This document shows positions 53,945 to 64,000 of a stretch of DNA of 64,000 nt, piece after piece. This DNA is from Atopobiaceae bacterium. GTDB taxonomy: Bacteria > Actinomycetota > Coriobacteriia > Coriobacteriales > Atopobiaceae. Position numbers and translations under genes: made by a program. The stretch lies in NCBI GenBank assembly GCA_022483015.1, contig JAKVOB010000001.1:952902-1016901 (forward strand). The letters are read 5' to 3'. The notes beneath the pieces were generated by a model. It made no database searches and was not told the origin of the DNA. It saw only the letters and a list, made by a program, of their open reading frames with translations. The stretch's first letter is position 1. Each line of letters opens with the position of its first letter.

Positions 53945-55522
53945 ATGGAGACCAAGATGTTCTGCTACCAGTGCGAGCAGACGGCTGGGTGCACGGGATG
54001 CACCGGTGCGGCAGGGACCTGCGGGAAGAAGGCAGCGACCGCAAGGCTTCAGGACGAGCTGACCGGGGCGCTGGTCGGCCTCGCCCGTGCTGCCGGGGAT
54101 GGCACGGACGCGACCGAGGGCACATGGCGCACGCTCATCGAGGGCCTGTTCTGCACCATCACCAACGTCAGCTTCGATGACGAGGCAATCGCCAGGCAGA
54201 TAGCCGTGACGCACGCCGAGAGGGACCGGCTCGTCTCGCAGGGTGCGCCCTGTGGTGGCGACCTCGACATGGGCGAGCTGTGGGGTGCCGACGAGGACGT
54301 CCGCTCGCTCAAGTCACTCATCCTGTTCGGCCTGCGCGGGATGGCGGCCTATGCCTACCATGCCCTCATGCTCGGGTATTCGGACGACGAGGTGTGCCAC
54401 TTCTTTGGCGAGGGGCTCCGCGCGGTGGGGGATGACCTCTCCACGGACGGGCTCCTCTCGCTCGCCCTCAAGGTGGGCGAGGTCAACCTCACATGTATGG
54501 CCCTGCTGGACAAGGCGAACACACAGACCTATGGCGTGCCTGCTCCCGCCACGGTTCCCTTGGACGTCGAGGCGGGGCCGTTCATCGTCGTCACCGGCCA
54601 CGACCTCAAGGACCTGCAGCTGCTCCTGGAGCAGACCGAGGGGAAGGGCGTCAACGTCTATACCCATGGAGAGATGCTCCCCGCTCATGCCTATCCAGAG
54701 CTCCGCAAGTACCCTCACCTCAAGGGCAACTTCGGCACCGCGTGGCAGAACCAGCGCAAGGAGTTCGACTCCCTCCCAGCTCCCATCCTCTTCACGACCA
54801 ACTGCCTGATGCCCCCCGCCAAGAGCTATGAGGATCGGGTCTTCACCACCGAGGTCGTCTCGTTCCCCGGGGCCATCCACATCGGTCCCGAGAAGGACTT
54901 CGCTCCCGTGATTGAGCGCGCGCTCGCACTGGGAGGCTATCCCGAGGACAGGACGTTCACCGGCATCAACGGCGGCACGCAGGTCACGACGGGATTCGGC
55001 CATGGGGCCATCCTGTCCGTCGCCGACAAGGTGGTCGATGCCGTGAAGGCGGGCGACATCAGCCACTTCTTCCTCGTCGCCGGTTGCGACGGTGCGAGGC
55101 CAGGGCGAAACTACTACACCGAGCTCGTGCGTCAGACGCCTGCGGACTCCATCGTACTCACGCTCGCCTGCGGCAAGTACCGCTTCAACGACCTCGACCT
55201 CGGCGAGATAGATGGTCTTCCACGCCTGATGGACATGGGACAGTGCAACGACGCCTACGGCGCCATACGGGTCGCGATCGCGCTGGCCGAGGCCTTCGGC
55301 TGCGGCGTGAACGACCTACCGCTCTCGTTCGTTCTGTCGTGGTATGAGCAGAAGGCCGTCTGCATTCTGCTGACGCTGCTCAATCTTGGGATCAAGGACA
55401 TCCATCTCGGTCCGACACTGCCGGCCTTCCTCTCGCCGAACGTCCTCGACATCCTGGTCAAGAGGTATGGCATCTCGCCCATCAGCACGCCCGAGGCCGA
55501 CCTGGTGCAGATGCTCGGCTAG
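53945..55522 (+). CDS. hcp: Hybrid cluster protein / hydroxylamine reductase
   Basis: N-terminal MFCYQCEQTAGCTGCTG cluster motif, length ~525 aa. Confidence 0.92.
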   Translation: METKMFCYQCEQTAGCTGCTGAAGTCGKKAATARLQDELTGALVGLARAAGDGTDATEGTWRTLIEGLFCTITNVSFDDEAIARQIAVTHAERDRLVSQGAPCGGDLDMGELWGADEDVRSLKSLILFGLRGMAAYAYHALMLGYSDDEVCHFFGEGLRAVGDDLSTDGLLSLALKVGEVNLTCMALLDKANTQTYGVPAPATVPLDVEAGPFIVVTGHDLKDLQLLLEQTEGKGVNVYTHGEMLPAHAYPELRKYPHLKGNFGTAWQNQRKEFDSLPAPILFTTNCLMPPAKSYEDRVFTTEVVSFPGAIHIGPEKDFAPVIERALALGGYPEDRTFTGINGGTQVTTGFGHGAILSVADKVVDAVKAGDISHFFLVAGCDGARPGRNYYTELVRQTPADSIVLTLACGKYRFNDLDLGEIDGLPRLMDMGQCNDAYGAIRVAIALAEAFGCGVNDLPLSFVLSWYEQKAVCILLTLLNLGIKDIHLGPTLPAFLSPNVLDILVKRYGISPISTPEADLVQMLG

Positions 55523-55763
55523 GGACTATGGGATGTCGGGGGTCGGGCACACCTGCCGCCTGACGCATCAGGAAAGCCCGGTCCATGCAGCCGCCGCAGG
55601 TGGATGGCCATGGGCCGGGTCGTGGCCTCGGCGGTGGCTGCGCATGTCCGTGTCATCGCTGTCTGATCTGTGTAGATAAAACGTTTTGGCGTCTATAAAT
55701 GACCGTTCACCGACGAATGGGATACACTTCATTTGACAAACAAGTAGAAGAGAGGAGGTATAC

Positions 55764-55991
55764 ATGATGAAGAGCAAGATGACAGACGCGCAGGACAGGA
55801 AGGTCCTGCAGGCCTGCCGCAACGGTTGGTTCATGAGCGGCACGTACAGGGTCCTCTTTGACAACCATGAGCGCACGTTCGACGCGGATTCCACGGGAAT
55901 CCTGTTCAGCTCCGTCAACAAGTGGTTCAAGAGCCACAAGGCCCGTCACGCCAATGCGGACGTGGTCGTGAAGTGCATCAAGGCCTGCTAG
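55764..55991 (+). CDS. Small hypothetical protein (75 aa)
   Basis: ATG after GAGAGGAGG. Followed by the terminator at 56024-56043. Lower GC than its neighbours. Confidence 0.55.
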   Translation: MMKSKMTDAQDRKVLQACRNGWFMSGTYRVLFDNHERTFDADSTGILFSSVNKWFKSHKARHANADVVVKCIKAC

Positions 55992-56023
55992 CTAGCAGTG
56001 CCAAGATGTACGAGAGGGAACGG

Positions 56024-56043
56024 CCGGCGAAAGCCGGTTTTTT
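56024..56043 (+). terminator. Rho-independent terminator
   Basis: CCGGC-gaaa-GCCGG followed by T6. Confidence 0.6.
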
Positions 56044-56614
56044 CTTACCCATCGAACGCGCTAAGCCTGGGAGCCCTCCTCCTGATGTCCGGTCGGCCGA
56101 CTCGTTTGGCAGACGTGAGGTATGGCACAAAATCGAAGTTAGCCATCGTCGTTCGAGACCAACTCGCGATGTTCAATAGCTGATGTATAGCAGGCAAACG
56201 TTCTGCCTGCGGTTCCTTGAAATCAAGAATCAACGTATTTGGTATGGGCCTAGAGGAACAATGTCTAAGTTCGATTTTGGGCCAGGGCCGGATTACTCAT
56301 GACGCCACGAAGAGCCTCCAACTGGGAGTTTTCGCTTCCGTCTCAGGAGGTGGCTCGGCCTGGTGGCCATAGCCCATGAGGTCCTCTGCGATAACTTGCA
56401 GCTCGGCCGTGCGCTGGCCAGTCGTGGTGCCCTGAGACCAATGAGGTCGGGCCTTGCTCGAAGCCATATTCCCTGCTGCGGCAGTTGGGCGAACGGTTGT
56501 CGCCGTTCGCCTTGCGCATGGGTCCAGCTCAGGGATAGGTCGCTTACCATCAATGAAGAAGCGAGCCTTGCACGGGGGTCCCGCTACCCGTGCCACCGAC
56601 AGGACGGAGAGGAC

Positions 56615-58054
56615 ATGCCGCATCCGATGGACATCTCACGCAGGGAGTTCCTTGCCGGCTCTGCGGCGATGGGGGCAGCGGCGGCCCTCGGGCTCACCGC
56701 ATGCTCGGCGCAAGGCACGTCCGAGGCGGCCGCGACGAGCGCTGCCACGCAATCTGGTCAGTCGGTCCGTGACATGATCTATGGCATCGACGAGAAGGTC
56801 ACACTCGCGGACGGTTCGCAGAGGGCTGCCGTCTGCTTCGACAACGCCGCCACGACACCGGCCTTCAAGGCCGTGAAGGACGAGGTGGACACCGAGCTCC
56901 TCTCCTATGGGTCGATCGGCAGGGGAGCAGGCCAGAAGTCGACCCATTGCAACGACGTCTACACGAACGGGCGGCAGACGATATTGGACTTCCTTGGCGC
57001 GGGCTCTGACAAGTACACGGCCATCTACACCGCCAACACCACCGACGGACTCAACAAGCTCGCGCGCTCCCTCGTCACTTCGAAGGACCAGGTCGTCATC
57101 TCCACCCGCATGGAACATCATGCGAACGACCTTCCCTGGAGAGACGTCGCCACGATGCTCTATGCGGATGTGGATGCCCAAGGGCGCCTCAAGATGGATG
57201 ACATCGAGGCCCTCCTTGCTGCCAACGAGGGGAAGGTCCGTCTCGTGACCGTGACGGCGGCATCCAACGTGACCGGCTGCTTCAACGACATCCACGCCAT
57301 CGCGAAGCTCGCGCACGCTCACGGAGCGATGATCGTCGTGGACGGGGCACAGGCCGTCGCTCACCGGAGCCTCAGCATGCGTGGTGATTCCGAGGATGCA
57401 GACATCGACTTCATCGCGTTCTCGGCACATAAGATGTACGCCCCCTACGGAGGGGGCGCCATCGTGGGCCTCACGAGCGTGCTCAACACGGCGGCCCCGC
57501 CGGTCCTGGGCGGAGGCATCGTCGACCTCGTCACCGAGAACGACGCGGTCTTCCTGCCCGCACCTGCTCGCTTCGAGGCGGGGTCTCCCAACTATCCCGG
57601 TGTGGTGTCGATGCTCAAGGCTATGGGTATCATCCAAGGCATCGGGTTCGACTACATCGAGAACCACGAGCATGAACTGCTGCAGAGGACCCTCGACGGC
57701 TTGAGGCAGATCGATGGCGCGACGCTCTACGGCGATTGCGACGACATCGATGACCGAGGGGGCATCGTCGTCTTCAACATCGATGGCCACTGGTGCACCG
57801 ATGTGGCGAAGACCCTTGCGGACGAGGCTGGCATCGCCGTGCGCGCGGGGATGTTCTGCTCCCACGTCTACTCGTCGCGCCTGCTCGGTGTCTCAGATGC
57901 CGAGATCGAGGCGAACAAGAGCAACGCGAGCTACCGCTTCCCCAACATGGTCAGGGCGAGTATCGGCATCTACAACACGGCCGACGAGGTCGACACCCTG
58001 GTGGACGAGGTCGCTCGAATCGCCGCGGACACGGCATCGGCCACGACGGTCTAG
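56615..58054 (+). CDS. Class-V aminotransferase / cysteine-desulfurase-like PLP enzyme with Tat signal and lipobox
   Basis: MPHPMDISRREFLAGSAAMGAAAALGLTAC (twin-arginine + LTAC). PLP-lysine context FSAHKMYAPYGGG. ATG 56615 after GGACGGAGAGG. Confidence 0.85.
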   Translation: MPHPMDISRREFLAGSAAMGAAAALGLTACSAQGTSEAAATSAATQSGQSVRDMIYGIDEKVTLADGSQRAAVCFDNAATTPAFKAVKDEVDTELLSYGSIGRGAGQKSTHCNDVYTNGRQTILDFLGAGSDKYTAIYTANTTDGLNKLARSLVTSKDQVVISTRMEHHANDLPWRDVATMLYADVDAQGRLKMDDIEALLAANEGKVRLVTVTAASNVTGCFNDIHAIAKLAHAHGAMIVVDGAQAVAHRSLSMRGDSEDADIDFIAFSAHKMYAPYGGGAIVGLTSVLNTAAPPVLGGGIVDLVTENDAVFLPAPARFEAGSPNYPGVVSMLKAMGIIQGIGFDYIENHEHELLQRTLDGLRQIDGATLYGDCDDIDDRGGIVVFNIDGHWCTDVAKTLADEAGIAVRAGMFCSHVYSSRLLGVSDAEIEANKSNASYRFPNMVRASIGIYNTADEVDTLVDEVARIAADTASATTV

Positions 58055-58063
58055 CCTCGTCAT

Positions 58064-58285
58064 CTACTTGCCTCGAGGGTCATCGTGAGGATGCGAGCCG
58101 CTACGTCCCCATGCCTGGTAGAGGCTGTGGGCAGCATCGTAGCCCCGCTCGCCCTCCTCAGAGAAGATGTCGAGGTCATAGAGGCCGAGGTCCTCAAGAT
58201 TCCTCATGTGCTCCTCGCGGTGCAGGCGGTCCTTGGCCTCCTGGAAGGGGATGACGTTCGTTCTCTGCATAGTGAGTGCCTCCAA
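58064..58285 (-). CDS. Small hypothetical protein (68-73 aa)
   Basis: MQRTNVIPFQEAKDRLHREEHMRNLEDLGLYDLDIF.... Convergent with the PLP enzyme. Confidence 0.45.
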   Translation of the reverse strand: MEALTMQRTNVIPFQEAKDRLHREEHMRNLEDLGLYDLDIFSEEGERGYDAAHSLYQAWGRSGSHPHDDPRGK

Positions 58286-58508
58286 TCAAGGCCCTGCAAG
58301 TCAGCCTGCGCGTCGGCCATGTGCTGGCAGGACCATTCGACAGCTACCATACGCTGTCTGTCGGACAGAATGGCCTGCCCTGCTCGGCGTCACGGCACCC
58401 GGTTCGATAAGGGCATCGACCAAGTCGAGAGGAACAGACCCGTTGCGAAGCGTATGATTGAATCCAAGATGTAATGGCCGTGAGGTCATGAGGATTGATG
58501 GAGGCAGC

Positions 58509-59717
58509 ATGTACTGCACTCGCTGTGGCGCCGAGATCGAGGACGGATCTCATTTCTGTACTGCGTGCGGCGCACCCGTGGAGACCGTGCATGCGGCCGA
58601 TGCGGACCAGACGCAGGTGGCTCCCATGTCAGCGGCCGCTTCGACTCCGCCCACGCCCGTGGTGACGCCTCCCATGCCAGCGTCAGCGAGGGTTCCGATG
58701 GCTCCGAACGTATCGCCAGCCAGTCCCGATCGGCGGCGCGTCACCATCGCCGTGGCCGTCATCCTCGTCGCAGCGGTGGCGCTGATCGGCATCCTCGCCG
58801 TTCTTACCAAGGGCTTCGGCCTCTTGGGTGCCTCGACCTCCTCGACTTCTGCTTCGGTGGCAACGGCCTCGTCTGTCGATGCTGTCGCCAGCGACTCATC
58901 TGCCGCCACGACATCGTCTTCTGCCGTCACGGTACGGACCTCCCTTGCCGACTACTCGTGGGATGACCTCTCCAAGATCTCGAAGGACCTCGAGGCGTGC
59001 GGGAGCCGTGCCAAGGCTCTTGAGCTCGCGAAGACCTACAACCTCGTGACCTCGAACAACAAGATCACGACCTCCACCAAGCCCGTCAAGCTCACGGACG
59101 GTACGACCGTCGACGTCCGCATCGCGGACATCTACCACGATGCGCTGTCGTCAGGCGCGGGTACCGCGGGGCTTACCTTCATCTGCACCTCTTCGGTCGC
59201 ATCACGTCAGATGGAGTCGAGCGACACCAACGTCGGTGGCTGGAGCTCTTCAGAGATGCGCTCGTGGCTGGCGTCCACCGAGGCCAAGAACCTTCCCTCG
59301 GACCTCTCGTCGGCCATCGTCTCGGTCAAGAAGAGCACCGATAACACCGGGCAGACGACATCCGTCTCGTCGGTGACCAAGACCGATGACAAGCTGTGGC
59401 TCCTCTCGGTGGCGGAGGTCGTCGGATCCCCGTCATGGGACTGGGACTCAGACCCGACGAATAGCTCGAGCTACAACGCGATCCTCGGCGCGGAGGGGAC
59501 GCAGTACGCCTGCTTCTCGGACATGGGGCTCAACACGAGCGAGGCGAACGCATCCCTCGTGATGAGGTCCTCTGCCGGTACGGCGACCGACTGGTGGCTG
59601 CGCTCGACCTCGCCAAGCGTCTCGCGACATTTCCGTAGTGTCGACGCATCGGGTGACCCAAGCTGCTTCGATGCGGCCAATGATGCGCACGGTGTCGTGT
59701 TCGGCTTCTGCATATAG
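58509..59717 (+). CDS. Zinc-ribbon / single-pass membrane protein with extracellular C-terminal domain
   Basis: MYCTRCGAEIEDGSHFCTACGAP, a Pro/Ala linker, a TM helix (VTIAVAVILVAAVALIGILAVL), a Ser-rich linker, and a C-terminal domain with the WWLRS motif. Confidence 0.75.
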   Translation: MYCTRCGAEIEDGSHFCTACGAPVETVHAADADQTQVAPMSAAASTPPTPVVTPPMPASARVPMAPNVSPASPDRRRVTIAVAVILVAAVALIGILAVLTKGFGLLGASTSSTSASVATASSVDAVASDSSAATTSSSAVTVRTSLADYSWDDLSKISKDLEACGSRAKALELAKTYNLVTSNNKITTSTKPVKLTDGTTVDVRIADIYHDALSSGAGTAGLTFICTSSVASRQMESSDTNVGGWSSSEMRSWLASTEAKNLPSDLSSAIVSVKKSTDNTGQTTSVSSVTKTDDKLWLLSVAEVVGSPSWDWDSDPTNSSSYNAILGAEGTQYACFSDMGLNTSEANASLVMRSSAGTATDWWLRSTSPSVSRHFRSVDASGDPSCFDAANDAHGVVFGFCI

Positions 59718-59891
59718 GTGCAAGGCGGGCATCGAGGGGAACCAGCTTAGGAGGCGAACCCGTGCCCACTCCCCAAGGCAGAACCGCTCGAGCACTGGTT
59801 TGCCCAGGTGGGTGCCGAGCGCGTCGACGAGACCGTGGACCAGAAGATGGCATAGATCGTGCGCTCGAGACGTACCTGGCGAAGGGGTCAG

Positions 59892-60185
59892 CTATCGGGA
59901 AATCCTCAATAGCTGACCAAGCCGGTGGGAATCCTCCAGCGCCATGACGTTGTCTGCCTTGGTGTCGAGCTTCTGTATCTGGTCCGTATAGGTGGAGGGT
60001 GTCGAGGCCCAGTTCGCTACGGGGATTGCCGAAATCAATGCGACAATCACTAGCACGACAGGTATGACCATCGACTGGGCCATCCGCCGATGACCGTTTC
60101 TTATGCCCATCGGCTGCTGGCTTTCGTGGTTGGCTGGGCCATTCTGGGATTGCCCTATCCCGTCGAGGTCATCTGAGGTGGTCAT
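59892..60185 (-). CDS. Hypothetical single-pass membrane protein (97 aa)
   Basis: TM helix MVIPVVLVIVALISAIPV. No motif. Confidence 0.45.
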   Translation of the reverse strand: MTTSDDLDGIGQSQNGPANHESQQPMGIRNGHRRMAQSMVIPVVLVIVALISAIPVANWASTPSTYTDQIQKLDTKADNVMALEDSHRLGQLLRISR

Positions 60186-60522
60186 GTCGTATTCTCCCTG
60201 GTTGACAAGTGGCTAACAGACTCTGAATTAGAGAAGATCTCAGCGCTCTTATTAGGCCATTGATGCCTCGAGGGGATTACAACGGTCCGACCGCTTGGGA
60301 TAAGCATGGTCAGAACCACCTATGGATTCTCTGACTATTTTCTGAATGGCCAATTATCCACGGTGGGGGGCAAGGATTGATACTTGCCTTCTTGTTTTGT
60401 CATCTCGTCCAAGGAACGCGTGTTGGAGAGGCCTTAGGCCAAAACCGGGTACAGCATGCTGCCCTGACGCACGGAACCGCCCCAAGGCCTGTCTGGGCCA
60501 GGGGGACGGCTCCGTGCCTGCC

Positions 60523-62070
60523 CTATGACCTGATGTGCGACGGCTGCCGGCCTGCCGTCTGCGGCCCTTCGTTCACCTCGTCATGCAGCGGGTTCGCATC
60601 CTCCGCCTTCTCGGCGTCGCTTCGCTGGTCCCACGAGGGTCTGCGGGCCGCATAGAAGACCAGCGGGGGAGTCCCCAACACGATGACGACCAGCGCCACG
60701 ACGATCGGATAGACCATGTCGGGGATGCCCGTGTCACTCGACGAGGGCACGAACGAGATGACGAGGCCTATCACGCAGGCGATGATGCCGATCCCTGCCA
60801 CGAGCCCCAGCGCCGGCACCTTGTACCCGCGCCTCACGTCCGCGGCTTTGCGCCGGAGCACCAGCACGGCAGCGAACATGATGACGTACATGATGATGTA
60901 GAGGGCGGCCGCCATGTCGATCAGCGCCATGAACACCGATGACACGTTGGGCACGATCACATAGATGAGGGCGAGGAGGGTCACGATGATGCCCTGCACC
61001 ATCAGGATCCCCACCTGCACGCCGTGCTTGTTGCGCCTCTGCAACACGGGAGGAAGCAGCCCTCCGCGTGCGGCGATGAGCAGACCCTTCGAGGGACCTG
61101 CCACCCAGGTGATCACCGACGCGAGCGCCCCGAAGACGATGGCCCCTGCGACGACGTTCGAGGCCCAGCCGATCCCGAACTGGTCGAAGAAGGTCTGGAA
61201 GGCCACGTTGATGCCGTTGCTCATGCCGATCTTGTCGGCTGGGACCGCGATCGAGATGGCCAGCGTGGGAACTATGAACACGACGAGGATGAGGACGAGG
61301 GCGATGACGATGGCCTTCGGATAGTCCTTGCGGGGATTCCTCATGTCCCCGGCGTGGACCGCGTTCATCTCCATGCCTGCATAGGCGAGCACGTTCGAGA
61401 TGATGAGCACCACCGACCCGACGGACGTGACGCCTGGGGACAGCCAGGTGCTCTGCGTGAACGACTGGGTGATGGGTTGTGCGGTGGCGACCCAGACGGC
61501 ACCGAGGACGATGAGGAGCCCAGCGGGAATCAGCGTGCCGATGAGGCCGCCCCATGACCCGAGCTTCGCGAAGAGGTCCCCGCCCTTGAGCGCCACGAGC
61601 GTGGCGAGCCAGTAGACGACGATGATGATGACGCCCGTGTAGAGGCCGGAGTTCGAGAGGCTGTCATCTCCCAGCATGAAGGCGAGTGCTGCGGCGATGA
61701 ACGCCAGCTGGATGGGGAACCATACGACGTTCTGAATCCACTGAAGCCAGATCGAGACGAACCCCAGGCGTTCGCCGAAGGCCTCCCGCACCCAGACGTA
61801 GATGCCACCCTTGAACGTCGTGGCGAGCTCGGCTGCGACGAGGGCCGTGGGTAGGAGGAAGAGGAACGCAGGAACGAGGTACATGATCACTGACGAGAGG
61901 CCATTCTCGGCCATGGCGGGCAGCGACCTCAGCGATGCCACCGATATGGTGGTCATGATGGCGATCTGGGGGACGCTCAAGGTGAACTTCTTCTTGGTGG
62001 GTGCTTCGTCAATGCCGGTGACCGGTCGAGCCGGTCCTTCGTGCGCATGTGTGGCCATGATGCGGGTCAC
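60523..62070 (-). CDS. gadC: Glutamate:GABA antiporter (APC family)
   Basis: FTLSVPQIAIMTTISVASLRSLPAMAENGLS...VWVREAFGERLGFVSIWLQW. Immediately downstream of gadB. Confidence 0.85.
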   Translation of the reverse strand: MTRIMATHAHEGPARPVTGIDEAPTKKKFTLSVPQIAIMTTISVASLRSLPAMAENGLSSVIMYLVPAFLFLLPTALVAAELATTFKGGIYVWVREAFGERLGFVSIWLQWIQNVVWFPIQLAFIAAALAFMLGDDSLSNSGLYTGVIIIVVYWLATLVALKGGDLFAKLGSWGGLIGTLIPAGLLIVLGAVWVATAQPITQSFTQSTWLSPGVTSVGSVVLIISNVLAYAGMEMNAVHAGDMRNPRKDYPKAIVIALVLILVVFIVPTLAISIAVPADKIGMSNGINVAFQTFFDQFGIGWASNVVAGAIVFGALASVITWVAGPSKGLLIAARGGLLPPVLQRRNKHGVQVGILMVQGIIVTLLALIYVIVPNVSSVFMALIDMAAALYIIMYVIMFAAVLVLRRKAADVRRGYKVPALGLVAGIGIIACVIGLVISFVPSSSDTGIPDMVYPIVVALVVIVLGTPPLVFYAARRPSWDQRSDAEKAEDANPLHDEVNEGPQTAGRQPSHIRS

Positions 62071-62140
62071 GCCCTTTCATATGGTGCTGACGGTTGTCCT
62101 AGACAACCTCCTTCAATTGGGTCGGGGAGCCTCGTGCGAC

Positions 62141-63514
62141 CTAGTGGTGGAAGGCGGCGTTGCTCGGCTTGGTCCTCACGGTGTGGTTCTCGTCGAGCCA
62201 CGCGACCTCGGTGCGTATGACGTCCAGGAGGTCGTCGGCAAGGTCCATCCCGAGGCCGTTCCTCACGACGATGCGCTGGACGGTGAGGTCGGCAAGGTCG
62301 TCAGGCATGGGATAGGCGGGGACCTGCCAACCCTTCATGCGCAGCCGGTCCGAGAGGTCATAGAGGGTCCAGGCGCGTTTCGGGTCATCCTTGAGCATCC
62401 ATGCGAAGACCGGGATGTCGGAGGCGTCGTTCCATAGCTCGAAGGGCCCCATCTTCGCGATCTCGCCGGCGAGATGGCGTGCGACGTCGATGGTCGACTG
62501 CTGGACCTTCTGGTATCCCTCGAACCCATAGCGTAGGAAGGCCCAATACTGCAGCAGTATCTGGGCGCCGGGGCGCGAGAAGTTCAGGGCGAACGTGGGC
62601 ATCTCGCCGCCGAGGTAGCTCACCTTGAAGACGAGGGAGTCGGGCAGGAGCGACTTGTCGCGCCAGACCACCCAGCCGATGCCCGGGTAGACGAGTCCGT
62701 ACTTATGGCCTGAGGTGCTGATGGACGAGACGCGTGCCAGGCGGAAGTCCCAGACGAGGTCGGGCTGGATGAAGGGGGCGATCATGGCTCCCGAGGCACC
62801 GTCGACATGGATGGGGATGTCGAGGCCGGTCTTGCCCTGTATGGTGTCGAGGGCATGTGCGACCTTGGCCACGGGCTCGTACATGCCCGTGTAGGTGACG
62901 CCCATGATCACGACGACGCCGATGGTGTTCTCGTCGACGTTGTCCTCGAGCCTGTAACCGTCGAGGACCTTGTGCTCAAGGCTGATGGGGACGTAGCGGG
63001 CCTCTATGTCGAAGTAGTCGCAGAACTTCTCCCAGCAGACCTGTACGGCGCTGGTCATGATGAGGTTGGGCCTGTCGCACGGCTTGCCCTCCTTGCGGCG
63101 CCTCTCCTGCCAGCGGCGCTTGAGGGCGAGGCCTCCCAGCATGCAGGCCTCCGACGAGCCCGTGGTGGAGCAGCCCATCGCTTCCATGGGGTCGGGCGCA
63201 TGCCAGAGGTCTGCCAGCATGTGCCAGCAGTAGCTCTCCATGGCGGCGGTACGGGGGTACTCGTCCTTGTCGATGGCGTTCTTGTCGTATGCCTCCGAGT
63301 AGAGCTTGTCGGCATATCCGTCCATCCAGGTCGACACGAAGGTCGCGAGGTTGAGGCGGGCGTTACCGTCGAGCATCGAGTCGTCGTGCACTATCTGGTA
63401 GGCGGTCTCTGGGAGCATCGACTTCTTCGGGAACGTGAAACGGGGTGCCGACTCGACCTCTCCAGGGCGGGAGAAGATCGGATTGAGCTCGACACGATTC
63501 TGACGACTTGTCAT
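62141..63514 (-). CDS. gadB: Glutamate decarboxylase (PLP)
   Basis: ...HDDSMLDGNARLNLATFVSTW...SISTSGHKYGLVYPGIGWVVWRD. ATG 63514 after AAGGAGG. Confidence 0.9.
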   Translation of the reverse strand: MTSRQNRVELNPIFSRPGEVESAPRFTFPKKSMLPETAYQIVHDDSMLDGNARLNLATFVSTWMDGYADKLYSEAYDKNAIDKDEYPRTAAMESYCWHMLADLWHAPDPMEAMGCSTTGSSEACMLGGLALKRRWQERRRKEGKPCDRPNLIMTSAVQVCWEKFCDYFDIEARYVPISLEHKVLDGYRLEDNVDENTIGVVVIMGVTYTGMYEPVAKVAHALDTIQGKTGLDIPIHVDGASGAMIAPFIQPDLVWDFRLARVSSISTSGHKYGLVYPGIGWVVWRDKSLLPDSLVFKVSYLGGEMPTFALNFSRPGAQILLQYWAFLRYGFEGYQKVQQSTIDVARHLAGEIAKMGPFELWNDASDIPVFAWMLKDDPKRAWTLYDLSDRLRMKGWQVPAYPMPDDLADLTVQRIVVRNGLGMDLADDLLDVIRTEVAWLDENHTVRTKPSNAAFHH

Positions 63515-63929
63515 GATGAGCCTCCTTGTTTCGATTGGTCTGCCCTGATGCACCTCATTCCCAGCAGATGAATAAAACTGTCGCATACGCGTAATCTGCA
63601 TAATGTGCGACATATTAGACAGATTAACGGTATAAAGACCCTGCAGAACAGGGATAATCCCTTACACTATCGAGGTCAGAGATGTGCCATGACCTCCTGA
63701 ACCGCTCTCTGGATTATGCTTTGGTCAAGAGGATGGATTGGGATGAGGTGAATATTCCATCCATGTGGATGGGGGCGTCTGACACGACGGACCGACGTGG
63801 GCAAGGGGCTTGGCATCGGTCGAATGAACTATGATGTTAGATGCAACGAGCCCTCTGGGCCATCAAACAGGGCCCCAATCTATCCCATCATGTCGATGAT
63901 GCGTGTCAGAAGCTCCTCCTGCTTCTTTG

Positions 63930-64000
63930 TTACGCGCTGCCCTTCTCGGCCGTCCCCTTGAGCGTCGGCAGCTGTGCCACGACGACGCCGGCAAGGATGA
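63930..64000 (-). CDS. 3' end of a minus-strand gene truncated by the window edge
   Basis: Reverse translation ...ILAGVVVAQLPTLKGTAEKGSA* with TAA at 63930-63932. Too short to identify. Confidence 0.25.
   Translation of the reverse strand, partial: ILAGVVVAQLPTLKGTAEKGSA

Noticed and set aside
56290-56623. Possible tyrosine-recombinase C-terminal remnant on the minus strand (FIDGKRPIPELDP ... PHWSQGTTTGQRTAELQVIAEDLMGYGH)
   Set aside because: It only loosely resembles the GKGxKxRxVPL / HxLRHT...LGH pattern. The catalytic residues are not conserved and the signal is split across frames. It is too degenerate to call without a profile search. If real, it would hint at another old integration next to the low-GC 75-aa gene.

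Overview
This is a 64-kb chromosome segment from a high-GC Gram-positive bacterium. The evidence is an LPXTG sorting signal, GC-rich codon usage and Actinomycetota/Coriobacteriia-like gene content; the species cannot be determined from the sequence alone. The window has three parts. (1) nt 1-21850 is the distal end of an integrative conjugative element (ICE). It carries a bifunctional peptidoglycan hydrolase, a VirB6/TrbL-like membrane protein, a thioester/ester-bond LPXTG adhesin, ArdC and a MobC + relaxase pair. It also carries two AT-richer cargo blocks: a type IIG-like N6A methyltransferase fusion with a Gabija gajA/gajB pair, and an unknown two-gene cassette. A tyrosine integrase closes the element. 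(2) nt 21.85-44.39 kb is an accretion zone. A 45-nt 3' fragment of an initiator-like tRNA-Met(CAU) recurs four times in direct orientation (21806, 24044, 34612, 44347). These copies delimit three islands. The first is a small remnant with a Schlafen/AlbA_2 ATP-binding protein. The second is a rhamnose catabolism / PTS / frameshifted glycoside hydrolase block. The third is a decayed integrative mobilizable element with an Abi_2 gene, unknown genes, an IS3-family IS, a broken relaxase, an AT-rich orphan membrane protein and a second, mosaic-identical integrase. No complete tRNA, rRNA or CRISPR array was found in the window. (3) nt 44.4-64 kb looks like core chromosome. It holds a DeoR regulator, a short aldolase/transaldolase, a glycyl-radical enzyme with its activase, a GH36 alpha-galactosidase, a Crp/Fnr regulator with ferredoxin, DUF488 and Hcp, a Tat-signal lipoprotein class-V PLP enzyme, and gadC/gadB. 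The best candidates for something undescribed are the methyltransferase + Gabija block (10.9-17.8 kb), the unknown cassette beside the integrase (18.75-20.3 kb) and the Abi_2-linked and orphan genes of the decayed element. All calls come from reading the translations and the DNA by eye; no database search was run. Many long ORFs in the track are antisense shadows typical of GC-rich DNA and were discarded.
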